A DNA stretch of 64,000 nt from Truepera sp. (GCA_965218435.1 CBDCKW010000009.1:1888001-1952000), one strand, 5' to 3'. Shown: positions 9,464-19,094, numbered from the stretch's first letter. Notes: generated by a model not told the origin, from the letters alone. Made by a program: numbers and translations.

Positions 9464-10132
9464 TTAGACGGCCCGGTCGCCCCACCAGAGCCCACACTCG
9501 GTTTTATCCTGACCTTCCCAGCGCCCAGCGCGGACGCTCTCCCCGGCGCGGACCGGGCGCGTCGTCGGGGCGCAGCCGATACTCAGGTAGCCCTGCCAGT
9601 AGAGCGGGTTGACCGGCAAGTCGTGATCTTTGGCGTAGGTCTCGAGGTCACCTTGACTCCACTCTACGAGCGGATTGACCTTGAGGTAATCGCCCGAGTC
9701 TTCGACAGTGTTCAAAATCGCGCGAGTTTCACTTTGAAAACGGCTCCGCGCACTTAAGAGGGCACTTGGTTTTTTCGCTTCTAAAAACGCCCTGAGCGGT
9801 TCAACTTTGCGTACCGTGCAGCAGTTCGCCTCACCGCACGCAGGTAGGTCTGAAGCCGCCGGGGTCAGCGTCGTCAGGGTAAGTTCAGGGTAACGCGCGG
9901 CGATTTCGTCACGGGTTTGGAGCGTTTCGGGAAAGTGCGAGAACGTGTCAATAAAGACCAGCTCACCGCGAAACCCGGCGCGTACCGCGAGGTCAACGAG
10001 CACCGTCCCGTTTAAGTTAAAGCCGCTCGTCATCAAGAGGTCGGGATAGTCCTCTAAAGCCCAACGGATGGTCTCGAGGGTTTTGGCTTCCAGCACGCGC
10101 TTTTCCAGAACGTCGAGCGCAGGCGGGTTCAC
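9464..10132 (-). CDS. cysH: APS/PAPS reductase
   Basis: FIDT..HFPET, CC.VRKVEPL, KVNPL, GYLSIGC, RAGRW, KTECGL. Confidence 0.92.
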   Translation of the reverse strand: MNPPALDVLEKRVLEAKTLETIRWALEDYPDLLMTSGFNLNGTVLVDLAVRAGFRGELVFIDTFSHFPETLQTRDEIAARYPELTLTTLTPAASDLPACGEANCCTVRKVEPLRAFLEAKKPSALLSARSRFQSETRAILNTVEDSGDYLKVNPLVEWSQGDLETYAKDHDLPVNPLYWQGYLSIGCAPTTRPVRAGESVRAGRWEGQDKTECGLWWGDRAV

Positions 10133-11916
10133 GCGGCGACCGTTCCTTCGGCGACTGTTTTCTCAGCGTAGGTGCGGAGATCGTCTAACCCAACACGGTG
10201 GCAAAAGTCGCCGAAGCGTTCGCCATCACGCCTTGCCTCACGCCAGTACCCTAACAGCGGTTTCACGGTCGTGACTAAATCGTCCGCCGAGACCATCTCG
10301 GCGTACTCACTGACCAACCGCGTGCCTTCAAACGCGCCGCCGACGTAGACGTTATATTTGCCCAACGACTTGCCGACAAAGGCCAGCTCTGCGGTGTAGG
10401 GGCGGGCGCACCCGTTCGGGCAGCCGGTCATCCGAACCGAGATTTCTTCCCCTTCCAAGCCGAGGTCGGCGAGTTCAGTTTCTAACACATCTAAAACACC
10501 GGGCAGAAACCGTTCGGATTCGGCCAACGCCAAGCCGCAGGTCGGCAGGGCAGGGCACGCCATCGCAAAGCGCCGCGCCTGTGACAACTCGCCTTCGGCC
10601 CGGACGCCGTGGTCGTGTAAGAGCTCACGAATCGGCGCTTCGTCTTCAGCCTCGAGGTTGGTCAAAAGAATATTATGCTGTGCGGTCACGCGAATTTCAT
10701 TGGGATACCGCGTCAGCAGTTTGCGTAACGCAGTGCGCAGACGAAAGTCGCCCTCGTCTTTGATCCGGCCGTTTTCGATATAGATGCCGTAGTAAAACCG
10801 GCCGTCGCCCTGTGCGTGCCAACCCAGATGATCATTCAGGGTAAAGCGTGCAACCGGTACCCAGTCCTCGAGCTTAAACCCTACGCGGCGCTCCAACTCT
10901 TCCCGAAACCAGGGAATCCCACGCGTTTCGACGAGCCACTTCATCCGGGCAAATTTACGCTCTTCGCGGTTGCCGAAGTCGCGCTGAATGGTGACGACGC
11001 CTTCGACGACGCGCACCAGCTGTTTACGGGTGACAAACCCGAGTTCTTTGGCTAAAAAGGGCCGCGTGTCGGGGTCGGTGTGACTCATGCCGAGGCCGCC
11101 GCCGATCATCAAGTTAAAACCCCGAACAGTTTCACCGTCCATGATGGGCACAATCCCGACATCTTGGGTAAAGACGTCTACACAGTTGTCTTCGGGGTAA
11201 GCGATACCGATTTTGAACTTGCGCGGCAGGTAAGTGCGCCCGTAAATGGGTTCAACGTCGTCGGCTTTGGCAACCGGCGCAGGGACGGGCAGTGGCGTCG
11301 GCGTCGCTTCGGCGGGTAAAGGGAGCCGTTCGCCGTCTAACCAGAGGTCGTAGTACGCCTCGGTCTTCGGTAAAAAGTGCTGGTCGAGCTCGTCGGCAAT
11401 CTTTTCTAAGAGCGCGTGACGGCGCGTCTTTTCGGGTGCGGGGCACGCCATGACGTTACGGTTGACGTCCCCACACGCCGCGAGCGAGGTGACCAGTTCG
11501 CTGTGCAGCGTCTGAATCGTCTTTTTAATATCGCCTTTAATGATGCCGTGCAGCTGGATGCCTTGCCGCGTGGTCAGACGCATGGTGCCGTTGCCTACCT
11601 CGTCGGCTAAGCGGTCGTGAACCAGGTACTGCGCCGCCGACAGCCTGCCGCCGGGAGCGCGAGAGCGGAGCATAAACGAATACGCTTTATCTTTGCCCTC
11701 CTGCCGCCGCGCTTTGCGCTGGTCGCGGTCGTCTTGTTGGTACATCCCGGAAAACTTGAGTAGCTGATAGGTCGCGTCGTCTACGTGGTCGGTCTCCGGG
11801 TCGAAGACGGCTTCGGCGACACCTTCCGAGAGATAATCCGAGCGTTCTTTGATCTCTTCGACACTTAGTTTGGGTGTGCGGGTGGGTTTACGGGCAGGTC
11901 TGGCAGGGCTCGCCAC
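10129..11916 (-). CDS. cysI: Assimilatory sulfite reductase, siroheme hemoprotein subunit
   Basis: [44 protein letters not shown]. Confidence 0.93.
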   Translation of the reverse strand: MASPARPARKPTRTPKLSVEEIKERSDYLSEGVAEAVFDPETDHVDDATYQLLKFSGMYQQDDRDQRKARRQEGKDKAYSFMLRSRAPGGRLSAAQYLVHDRLADEVGNGTMRLTTRQGIQLHGIIKGDIKKTIQTLHSELVTSLAACGDVNRNVMACPAPEKTRRHALLEKIADELDQHFLPKTEAYYDLWLDGERLPLPAEATPTPLPVPAPVAKADDVEPIYGRTYLPRKFKIGIAYPEDNCVDVFTQDVGIVPIMDGETVRGFNLMIGGGLGMSHTDPDTRPFLAKELGFVTRKQLVRVVEGVVTIQRDFGNREERKFARMKWLVETRGIPWFREELERRVGFKLEDWVPVARFTLNDHLGWHAQGDGRFYYGIYIENGRIKDEGDFRLRTALRKLLTRYPNEIRVTAQHNILLTNLEAEDEAPIRELLHDHGVRAEGELSQARRFAMACPALPTCGLALAESERFLPGVLDVLETELADLGLEGEEISVRMTGCPNGCARPYTAELAFVGKSLGKYNVYVGGAFEGTRLVSEYAEMVSADDLVTTVKPLLGYWREARRDGERFGDFCHRVGLDDLRTYAEKTVAEGTVAA

Positions 11917-11979
11917 GGCGCGCCTCCTAAGGGATAAGTGGGTGAAGTGAGTGACGTGGGACTCGAGCCGTAGCCGAGC

Positions 11980-12027
11980 AAAAAACCGCGCTTCTTGACA
12001 GGGTTACGGAACCCCTGAGAAAACGCG
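11980..12027 (-). terminator. Terminator-like hairpin with U-tract inside the cysI 5' leader
   Basis: Minus strand CGCGTTTTCTCAGGGGTT-ccgt-AACCCTGTCAAGAAGCGCG-GTTTTTT. Confidence 0.6.
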
Positions 12028-12043
12028 TCTCCAACACCTGGCT

Positions 12044-12075
12044 AGTCTATAGTAGTTGACCAAAGCTATCAAGTA
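12044..12075 (-). promoter_or_regulatory. cysI promoter (TTGATA-N17-TAGACT) overlapped by palindromic operator TACTTGA-N9-TCAACTA (12053-12075)
   Basis: Read directly; the same arms recur at 13659-13681. Confidence 0.75.
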
Positions 12076-12272
12076 ATGTGGCGAACATAGCCGGCTTAGA
12101 GCTTACGCGTTACGTCTTGCAGTCGTGCCCAACTACAAATTACCTTGGAAGCTGTACCGATTGCAAAGCGTGCAGCATTAACTTAGCAACCACTCAATTT
12201 TTTAGAACAGTTCGCAGGTTTTGGAGTGAGGCGTCAGCTTATTGATCTGCGCAGCAGAAATCTTTGCACCTT

Positions 12273-12371
12273 CAGCCGGACGAGCGGTTTAGCGCGTTTG
12301 AAGACGCCGACACCCAAAGAAACGCTGACGCGGCGCAGTTCACCACCGTACGCGGTCAACCCCAACCGTGA
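12273..12371 (+). pseudogene. Remnant of the C-terminus of nitrite reductase large subunit NirB
   Basis: QPDERFSAFEDADTQRNADAAQFTTVRGQPQP* resembles the NirB tail (RF..F.N.D..D..VQF...R.Q..P); directly precedes nirD-like sequence. Confidence 0.5.
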
Positions 12372-12420
12372 TGCTAGTGGGTCGCGCTCTACGCTGCAAA
12401 CCCTACAAAAAGGTGAGAGT

Positions 12421-12816
12421 ATAAAGACATGTCAGGTTACCAACACAAACGATGTGACGCCGAACGGGAACGGCGGCGTGTTGCTCCGCGGGGTTCAAAT
12501 CGCGCTGTTCAAACTCGTCAGTGGGACAAAAACGCAGGGGTACGCAGTGCAAAACTTGTGCCCGCACGACCGGCGGCAGGTGCTCTCCTGTGGGCACACC
12601 GGCGACGTACAGGGCGAGCTGGAAGTCGCATGTCCGCAGCACAAAAACGCCTTTCCGCTCTGCACCGGCGACCATTTGGGCGGTGGCGCGAAACTCGAGT
12701 GGACACTGACGACCTTTCCCGTCCAAGAGGGCGAGGGATTGATTCTCGAGTTCGCTATGGAGCACGTACCCATACCTACCGGGGTCGCCCATGAATACGC
12801 CCAAAAACCGAATTGA
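12421..12816 (+). pseudogene. nirD: Nitrite reductase small subunit NirD (Rieske-type), probably decaying
   Basis: QIALF, YAVQNLCPH...VLS.G..GD..G...VACPQHK..F.L.TG; ATA at the expected start position after AAGGTG. Confidence 0.7.
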
Positions 12817-13645
12817 CAAAGCAGCAAAACCGCTCTCAGGCCGCCGCATCGCCATTGCGGGCGACCGCCGCTTTGACGATATTGACAAGCTCGTCACCAA
12901 ACAGGGCGGTGAGGCCGTGTCGCGCCCGATGATGCGGAGCGCCCCGCTGGACGATCCAGAGACGACCGCCGCCGTCCTCAAACTCTGCGACGAGGACTGT
13001 GACTGGCTCGTCCTCGTTACGGGGATGGGCACGCGGGCGATGGTCGGCGTAGCCGAAACGCTCGGGCGCAAAGCTGACCTGTTAGCGCAGATGCAGGCGG
13101 CGAAGATCGCGGCGAGAGGTTACAAAACCGTCAAAGCTCTAAGAGAACTAGGTCTCAAGCCGGTTGTGCAAGACGACGACGGAACGACCGAAGGGCTGCG
13201 GCGACAGCTCGAGCCCTACGATTTTAGCGGTGCGAAAGTTGCCTTTAAGCTGCACGGCGAACGTGTACCAGAATTGACCGAATGGTTAGAGTTGCGGGGC
13301 GCGTCAGTTTATGAAATCCCCTTGTACCGTTATCGGCCTCCTGCTGACACCGAAGTTCAGACGCTGCTGGGTGAAATCTTCTCCGGTGAACTCGACGCGG
13401 TGGCCTTTACCTCGAACACACAGGTCAACTACCTTTTCGCCGTCGCTGAGCGTTTCAGTCAGGGTGCGGCGTTGCGAGACGCCTTTGCAAACGACGTACA
13501 GGCCGTATCGGTTGGTCACATGACGAGTGCAGCACTGCGGGAGGTGGGTGTGACCGACATCGTGCAACCTGAACACGAGCGGATGGGCGCGATGATCGTC
13601 GCCCTCGCCGAGCATTACCGTACTCGAACCTCCCTTTCTGGCTGA
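12791..13645 (+). CDS. Uroporphyrinogen-III synthase HemD-like
   Basis: PLSGRRIAI, VTGMG, ARGYK, LHG, YRY, DAVAFTS..QV, VG..T..AL, MGAMI. Confidence 0.85.
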   Translation: MNTPKNRIDKAAKPLSGRRIAIAGDRRFDDIDKLVTKQGGEAVSRPMMRSAPLDDPETTAAVLKLCDEDCDWLVLVTGMGTRAMVGVAETLGRKADLLAQMQAAKIAARGYKTVKALRELGLKPVVQDDDGTTEGLRRQLEPYDFSGAKVAFKLHGERVPELTEWLELRGASVYEIPLYRYRPPADTEVQTLLGEIFSGELDAVAFTSNTQVNYLFAVAERFSQGAALRDAFANDVQAVSVGHMTSAALREVGVTDIVQPEHERMGAMIVALAEHYRTRTSLSG

Positions 13646-13658
13646 GGTGTAAGGGAAG

Positions 13659-13691
13659 TACTTGACGTATTTTATCAACTAAACGTACCGT
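13659..13691 (+). promoter_or_regulatory. Operator TACTTGA-N9-TCAACTA (13659-13681) overlapping a probable -35 of cobA
   Basis: tacttgacgtattttatcaacta; TTGACG-N18-TACCGT. Confidence 0.7.
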
Positions 13692-13733
13692 AGAGTAAAT
13701 GTGAGGTGCTGATCTCACGCCCTGAGGAGTTTC

Positions 13734-14546
13734 ATGCCCATCCCCCCAACTGGTTTCGTCTCGCTCGTCGGCGCAGGTCCCGGCGATCCCGACCTGCTCA
13801 CCGTCAAGGGCTTGCGGCGCTTACGTGAGGCTGACGTGGTGGCCTACGACCGCCTCGCCAATCCGGTTTTGCTTAAAGAATGTCGTACGGACGCCGAGCT
13901 GATCTTTGTCGGAAAACACGGCGAAGGCTTACACGTTTCCGTGCCCCAGGAACACATCAATGCTTTACTGATCCACAGAGCCTTAGCGGGCAAACAGGTC
14001 GTGCGGCTTAAGGGCGGCGATCCGTTTATCTTTGGGCGCGGGGGTGAAGAGGCGCTGGGGCTTCGTCAGGCTGGTGTGGCCTTTGAAATTGTCCCCGGTA
14101 TCTCGTCGGCTGTGGCTGCGCCCGCCTACGCCGGGATTCCGGTGACGCACCGGCACGTCTCGGCGTCGGTGGCCATCGTCGCCGGGCACGAAGACCCACA
14201 GAAGGGTGTGTCGTCGCACGATTGGGACGCCCTTTCTAAGATAGATACACTTGTCGTTTTGATGGGCATCGGACGGATAGAAGCCATTACCGAAACCTTG
14301 CTGGCGTGTGGCCGAAACGCCGATACGCCTGCTGCGGTGGTGCGGTGGGGAACGACCTCGGAGCAAGAAACAGTCGCGGGGACGCTCGAAACCATTGCCG
14401 CCGCCGTCCGTCAAGCCGGACTTAAAGCCCCGGCCACCCTTATCGTCGGCGACGTCGTGCGGCTCCGAGACAACCTGAGATGGTTCGACCAAGAGGCGCT
14501 GCCACCCGAAACCCTAGCAGTTCAGGCCGTTCACGACACCCTTTAA
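13734..14546 (+). CDS. cobA: Uroporphyrinogen-III C-methyltransferase
   Basis: VSLVGAGPGDPDLLT, VVRLKGGDPFIFGRGGEE, VPGISS, AGIPVTHR. Confidence 0.95.
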   Translation: MPIPPTGFVSLVGAGPGDPDLLTVKGLRRLREADVVAYDRLANPVLLKECRTDAELIFVGKHGEGLHVSVPQEHINALLIHRALAGKQVVRLKGGDPFIFGRGGEEALGLRQAGVAFEIVPGISSAVAAPAYAGIPVTHRHVSASVAIVAGHEDPQKGVSSHDWDALSKIDTLVVLMGIGRIEAITETLLACGRNADTPAAVVRWGTTSEQETVAGTLETIAAAVRQAGLKAPATLIVGDVVRLRDNLRWFDQEALPPETLAVQAVHDTL

Positions 14547-14547
14547 G

Positions 14548-15294
14548 ATGAACGCTGCGATTTTGGTCGGTCACGGAAGTTTGCGCAAAGCCTCAGGCGC
14601 GGCGATGATTCGCCTCGCGGCGCTCCTGCGTCAAGAGGGCGCTTTCCCTATCGCCACCGCCGGATTTCTCAACTTCAGCCAACCGACCTTTATAGACGCC
14701 GTAACGCGCTGCGTTCGTAAGGGTGCAACCGAGATTTTTGTACAACCGTATTTTTTAGTCTCCGGGTATTACGTCACCGCCTCGTTACCCAAACTGATTG
14801 CGGAAGCGAAAGACACTTATCCTGATGTGACGTTTCGCCTTGCCGAAGCGTTTGACGACCATCCGGCACTGGTTGAACTGACCTATCAACGCGCCTTAGC
14901 CGTCGACCCGGACGCCGACGCGCTCCTGCTGATGGCGCACGGCAGCCCGCATGAAGCGGCGAACGCACCGATTTTTCGTGTAGCCGAAGCGTTAAAAGCG
15001 CACTACGGCGCTACGCAGTTCGGCTTTATGGAACTCAATACGCCTACAATCGCTGAAGCGGCAACGCTGCTGCGTGAACAGGGTGCCAAACGCATCGTCG
15101 CCGCACCGTATTTTTTACAGCTCGGGGGTCACGTCGCCGAAGATTTGCCTGAAGCCGTCGCCTCGGCGCAAGCTCAGCATCCGGAGATGACCTTCACGCT
15201 CTCCGATTATCTGTCGTATGACCCGTTGCTGCTCGAGGTTATCAAAACTCGCCTAGCGGCTGTCCAACCCGCTTTAACGTCAGCTGCTCTTTAA
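14548..15294 (+). CDS. Sirohydrochlorin chelatase (SirB/CbiX, two-domain)
   Basis: ILVGHGS, PYFL..G, AHGS, FMELN.P, PYFL..GGHV..DLP. Confidence 0.9.
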   Translation: MNAAILVGHGSLRKASGAAMIRLAALLRQEGAFPIATAGFLNFSQPTFIDAVTRCVRKGATEIFVQPYFLVSGYYVTASLPKLIAEAKDTYPDVTFRLAEAFDDHPALVELTYQRALAVDPDADALLLMAHGSPHEAANAPIFRVAEALKAHYGATQFGFMELNTPTIAEAATLLREQGAKRIVAAPYFLQLGGHVAEDLPEAVASAQAQHPEMTFTLSDYLSYDPLLLEVIKTRLAAVQPALTSAAL

Positions 15295-15317
15295 GGTAAA
15301 CGGTATAAGCTAAACAG

Positions 15318-16118
15318 ATGGACGTCATTAAAACCTTGTGGTCACGCCTCTCGTGGCGGCTGTTACTCTACTGGGGCGTGCTCGTCGGCGGGCTCTGGGC
15401 CTTTGCCGAACTCGCCGACCAGATTTACGACAAGCAGGGCTTTTTTTTCGACGAACCCATCCTAGCGTGGTTTTACACCCTCGTCTCCCCTACGCTGACG
15501 CAAATCGCGCTCGTCTTGAGCACCGTAGGCGGCCTTCAGGTGATGATTGCGCTCTCTGTCTTACTCATTATCTTTTTATGGTTTAAGAGCCACCGGGAGG
15601 CCGTTTTTTTTGCCGTAAGCATGATCGGCGCGTCGGTTATTATGGGCCTGACCAAAGTTATTCTGGCCCGCCCGCGCCCTGAACTTTTCCCCGACGTAAA
15701 CTACTGGAAAACGGCCTCACCGTCATTCCCGAGTGGTCACGCGACCGGTAGCACGGTTTTTGCCCTCACGCTTTTTTTTGTGGTGCGGCGGCTCGCCCCA
15801 AAATGGCAGGGGCTCGTAAGCGTGCTCGGGGTGCTCTTTTGCTTGTCAGTGAGCGCCTCGAGACTCTACTTACAAGTTCACTACCCGTCCGACATCTTGG
15901 CCGGTCTCGCGCTCGGGTCGGGCTGGGTTTTAGGCGTCAATACGCTTTACAACTACCGGGTACGGGATACGAGTACCCGTAGTGAACTCTTGAAGCTACC
16001 CGAAGCAGTTATTTTTGCCTATCGGGAAGAGGCTAAGGCCAAAGGGCTTACAGAAGACGAGGTCGTCGGAAAGATTTTAACGGAGCATTACCGGGTGTTA
16101 AAAACGCCACATAAGTAG
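15318..16118 (+). CDS. PAP2-family membrane phosphatase with C-terminal RHH-like extension
   Basis: K...RPRP, SFPSGHA, SRLYLQVHYPSD. Confidence 0.9.
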   Translation: MDVIKTLWSRLSWRLLLYWGVLVGGLWAFAELADQIYDKQGFFFDEPILAWFYTLVSPTLTQIALVLSTVGGLQVMIALSVLLIIFLWFKSHREAVFFAVSMIGASVIMGLTKVILARPRPELFPDVNYWKTASPSFPSGHATGSTVFALTLFFVVRRLAPKWQGLVSVLGVLFCLSVSASRLYLQVHYPSDILAGLALGSGWVLGVNTLYNYRVRDTSTRSELLKLPEAVIFAYREEAKAKGLTEDEVVGKILTEHYRVLKTPHK

Positions 16119-16253
16119 TCCAGCGGTCAGCCAATACAGCTTTATTTTGCCAAAACCCTAAACTGAACTAGAGAAAAACCGGTTAAAAATTGCTGAATGT
16201 GCTCATTTTGAGCATGTTTTAGGCCGTTTACTCTCTTACAGCGAAGGGTGACT

Positions 16254-17294
16254 ATGTTTAATACTTATGGGTTTAATACTTATGGGTTTAATACTTATGG
16301 CTTAGATGACTTAAAGCGGCGCAGCCAACACGTTCTAGGTGCGCTGCTGCCGCAGCGTATGCGCCGCAAACCGGCTACGCCTATCTATCTCTTTTGCCAC
16401 CACAAAGTCGCCACGGTTCTCTTAACTAAAGTGTTTCGTGAGGTCAGTTTAGCGAACGGTTGGACCTTTCACGTGCTTAGAGGTCGGCAGACCCAGGCAC
16501 CGCGTAACCCCGGCGTGACCCTTTTCAGCCACGCCGGACGTGCTGAGACCTTGACCCAACCTTTTGTCGGCGTTCACGTCGTTCGGGACCCCCGCGACGT
16601 TATCGTCTCCGGTTACCTTTACCACCGCAGAACAGCGGAAGCGTGGTGTGTCAATCAAGACTTTAGTACCGCGCCTGCTATCACCTTCCCGCAGGTACCT
16701 TACTCTCAAGAGCACCGTTCGGAAGCTTGGAAACGCGACTACTTGGGGTCGCTAAACGGCAAGTCGTATCAAGAGCACCTGCTGAGCCTGTCGCCCGAAG
16801 AGGGCCTGATGTTTGAGATGAAGCATTACGGAGCGTGGACTATAGAAAGTATGCTCGAGTGGAACTACGCGCAAGCGGGCGTGCTCGAGCTTAAGTTTGA
16901 AGCTTTGCTGGGCAACTACGACGCCACGTTCTGCAGCGTTTTTAAGCACCTGGGGTTTTCCGGGAAGCAGCTCGCGGCAGGAATGCGCGCGGCCGCTAGG
17001 CATGACCTGAGCAAAAAGTCAGCCGCTGAAGTGGCCGCCATCCAACACGTTTCGGCCAAAGAGCCCAGCAAGTGGCGGCACTACTTTACCGAAGAGCACC
17101 ACGCCGTTTTTCGTGAGCTGTTTGGGGACGCGCTGGTCAAACTAGGGTATGAGACGAACCCGGCAGCGCCCAAGCCGGTTGGAATTAGGCCGGTCTCCGC
17201 CACGCCCCTAGCGCGTCACGCAGCCCCTGGATTGCCAAAGCTGCATAATCAGCGTTCCCCTGCCTCAGATCATGAGCTAAAAAGCCCATCATGA
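16254..17294 (+). CDS. Sulfotransferase-domain protein
   Basis: HHKVAT (5'-PSB-like), VRDPRDVIVSGY (3'-PB-like), KWRHYFT...LGY. Confidence 0.75.
   Translation: MFNTYGFNTYGFNTYGLDDLKRRSQHVLGALLPQRMRRKPATPIYLFCHHKVATVLLTKVFREVSLANGWTFHVLRGRQTQAPRNPGVTLFSHAGRAETLTQPFVGVHVVRDPRDVIVSGYLYHRRTAEAWCVNQDFSTAPAITFPQVPYSQEHRSEAWKRDYLGSLNGKSYQEHLLSLSPEEGLMFEMKHYGAWTIESMLEWNYAQAGVLELKFEALLGNYDATFCSVFKHLGFSGKQLAAGMRAAARHDLSKKSAAEVAAIQHVSAKEPSKWRHYFTEEHHAVFRELFGDALVKLGYETNPAAPKPVGIRPVSATPLARHAAPGLPKLHNQRSPASDHELKSPS
16256..16300. repeat. Exact 15-bp tandem repeat x3 (gtttaatacttatgg), encoding FNTYG x3
   Basis: Read directly. Confidence 0.95.
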
Positions 17295-17590
17295 CGGAGA
17301 CCTGTTCAACTAAAACGCACCGGTCAAACTCTCGGTCAAAGGGGACGGCGTAGGTCGGCTCGAGCCACGCCAGCCGCACATCCGGGTGGTACATGCTCAA
17401 GACGGCAAAAGCCAGCTCATGCGGGCCGCCTTGCCACATGCCGAAGTCAATGATTCCGGTTACGGTCAGGGCGTCGTCTACAAAAATATGGTCCATCCCC
17501 AAATCACCGTGACAGAGTACCGGGCGTGGCGCAGAGAGTGTAGGTAGCACCCGCACAACCTCCAGCAGCGCGTCCGGCGCAGCAAATCTA
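17185..17590 (-). pseudogene. 3' fragment of an aminoglycoside-phosphotransferase-like kinase
   Basis: Only LCHGDL...IFVD...GIIDFG and the C-terminus remain; N-lobe absent; overlaps the sulfotransferase 3' end. Confidence 0.75.
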
Positions 17591-17645
17591 TAAATCAGCT
17601 CTGCACAACTGACTTCGGTTGTAAGCTGACCCTATGTGGTAACCC

Positions 17646-17677
17646 AAAAAAAGGCAAGACTCTGCGTAGAGCCTTGC
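17646..17677 (-). terminator. Intrinsic terminator of lpdA
   Basis: Minus strand gcaaggctct-acgc-agagtcttgc-cttttttt. Confidence 0.85.
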
Positions 17678-17708
17678 TCAGTCTCAATTCACCGTTACGA
17701 CGAAAACC

Positions 17709-19094
17709 TCAGATGTGAATCGCCCGCTCATCGACCGCCATCGCCGCTTCCTTAAACGCCTCGGCTAAGGTCGGATGCGCGTGCGAGGTTCGGGCTACGT
17801 CTTCGGCTGACGCCCCGAACTCGAGCGCAGCCACGGCCTCGGCAATCAGGTCACCGGCCCTCGAGCCCAAGATATGCACCCCTAGCAAGCGGTCGGTTTT
17901 CGCGTCGGCTAACACCTTGACCTTGCCGTCGGTGTGACCCAGCGCCCGCGCCCGCCCGTTAGCGACAAAGGGAAATGTTCCCTTTTTGTACTCGACGCCT
18001 TCTTCCTTGAGCTGCTCTTCGGTCTTGCCGACCGAGGCAATTTCGGGCTCGGTATAGGCGACGCCCGGAATCGCACCGTAGTTGACGTGTCCGACACCCG
18101 TAGCGATGCCTTCAACACAGGCAATACCCTCTTCTTCGGCTTTGTGCGCGAGCATCGCGCCACCGATCACGTCACCGATGGCGTAAACGCCCGAGACTTT
18201 GGTTTTGAAGTGCTCGTCTACCGGGACAAAACCGCGTTTATCAAGTTCTAAACCAATCGCTTCGACGTTGAGCCCGTCCGTATTCGGTTTGCGCCCGACG
18301 GCAACCAAAACGCGGTCAGCTTCGAGCGGTTCCTGCCCTTCGATTTCGACCACGGCTTTGTCACCCTGCGCCTTGGCCGAGGTGACCTTCGCGCCAAGCT
18401 TGAACTCTAAGCCCTGTTTCTTAAACAGTTTGAGCGCGTCCGCCGCAATTTCGGCGTCCATCCCCGGCAAAATGCGGTCTAAAAACTCGACGACGGTGAC
18501 CTTGGCTCCCAAACGGCTCCAGACCGACCCAAGCTCGAGGCCGATATACCCTGCCCCGATGACTACCAGATGCTCCGGTACCTGGTCATAAGCAATCGCG
18601 TCGGTTGAAGTACCGACCACTTTGCCGTCAATCTCAATACCGGGTAGGACGACGCTAGACGAGCCCGTCGCAATGATGATACGTTCGGCTTCTAGTTCGG
18701 TATCGCCGTCTTGACCGGAAACCGTCAACTTACCCGGCGCGGAGAAGCTCGCCGTACCTTCGTAACGCGTCACGCCGTTCTTTTTGAACAGCCCCGCCAC
18801 GCCGCCGGTCAACATCTTGACCACTTTGTCTTTGCGTTTATGCATATTGGCCAGGTTCAAGGACGCTCCCGACACGTCAATGCCGTACTCTTTCAGTGCG
18901 CCTTGCGTCTCGAGATATTTTTCTGAGGACTCGAGCAGCGCCTTGCTCGGGATACAGCCAACGCGCAAGCACGTTCCGCCTAAAGCCGGTTCTTGTTCAA
19001 CGCACGCTGTATCAAAGCCAAGTTGCGCGGCGCGAATCGCTGCGACGTAGCCGCCAGGCCCCGCACCGACGATGATAAGATCATGTTTAGCCAC
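17709..19094 (-). CDS. lpdA: Dihydrolipoyl dehydrogenase
   Basis: GAGPGGY, GGTCLRVGCIPSK, HAHPTLAE. Confidence 0.97.
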   Translation of the reverse strand: MAKHDLIIVGAGPGGYVAAIRAAQLGFDTACVEQEPALGGTCLRVGCIPSKALLESSEKYLETQGALKEYGIDVSGASLNLANMHKRKDKVVKMLTGGVAGLFKKNGVTRYEGTASFSAPGKLTVSGQDGDTELEAERIIIATGSSSVVLPGIEIDGKVVGTSTDAIAYDQVPEHLVVIGAGYIGLELGSVWSRLGAKVTVVEFLDRILPGMDAEIAADALKLFKKQGLEFKLGAKVTSAKAQGDKAVVEIEGQEPLEADRVLVAVGRKPNTDGLNVEAIGLELDKRGFVPVDEHFKTKVSGVYAIGDVIGGAMLAHKAEEEGIACVEGIATGVGHVNYGAIPGVAYTEPEIASVGKTEEQLKEEGVEYKKGTFPFVANGRARALGHTDGKVKVLADAKTDRLLGVHILGSRAGDLIAEAVAALEFGASAEDVARTSHAHPTLAEAFKEAAMAVDERAIHI

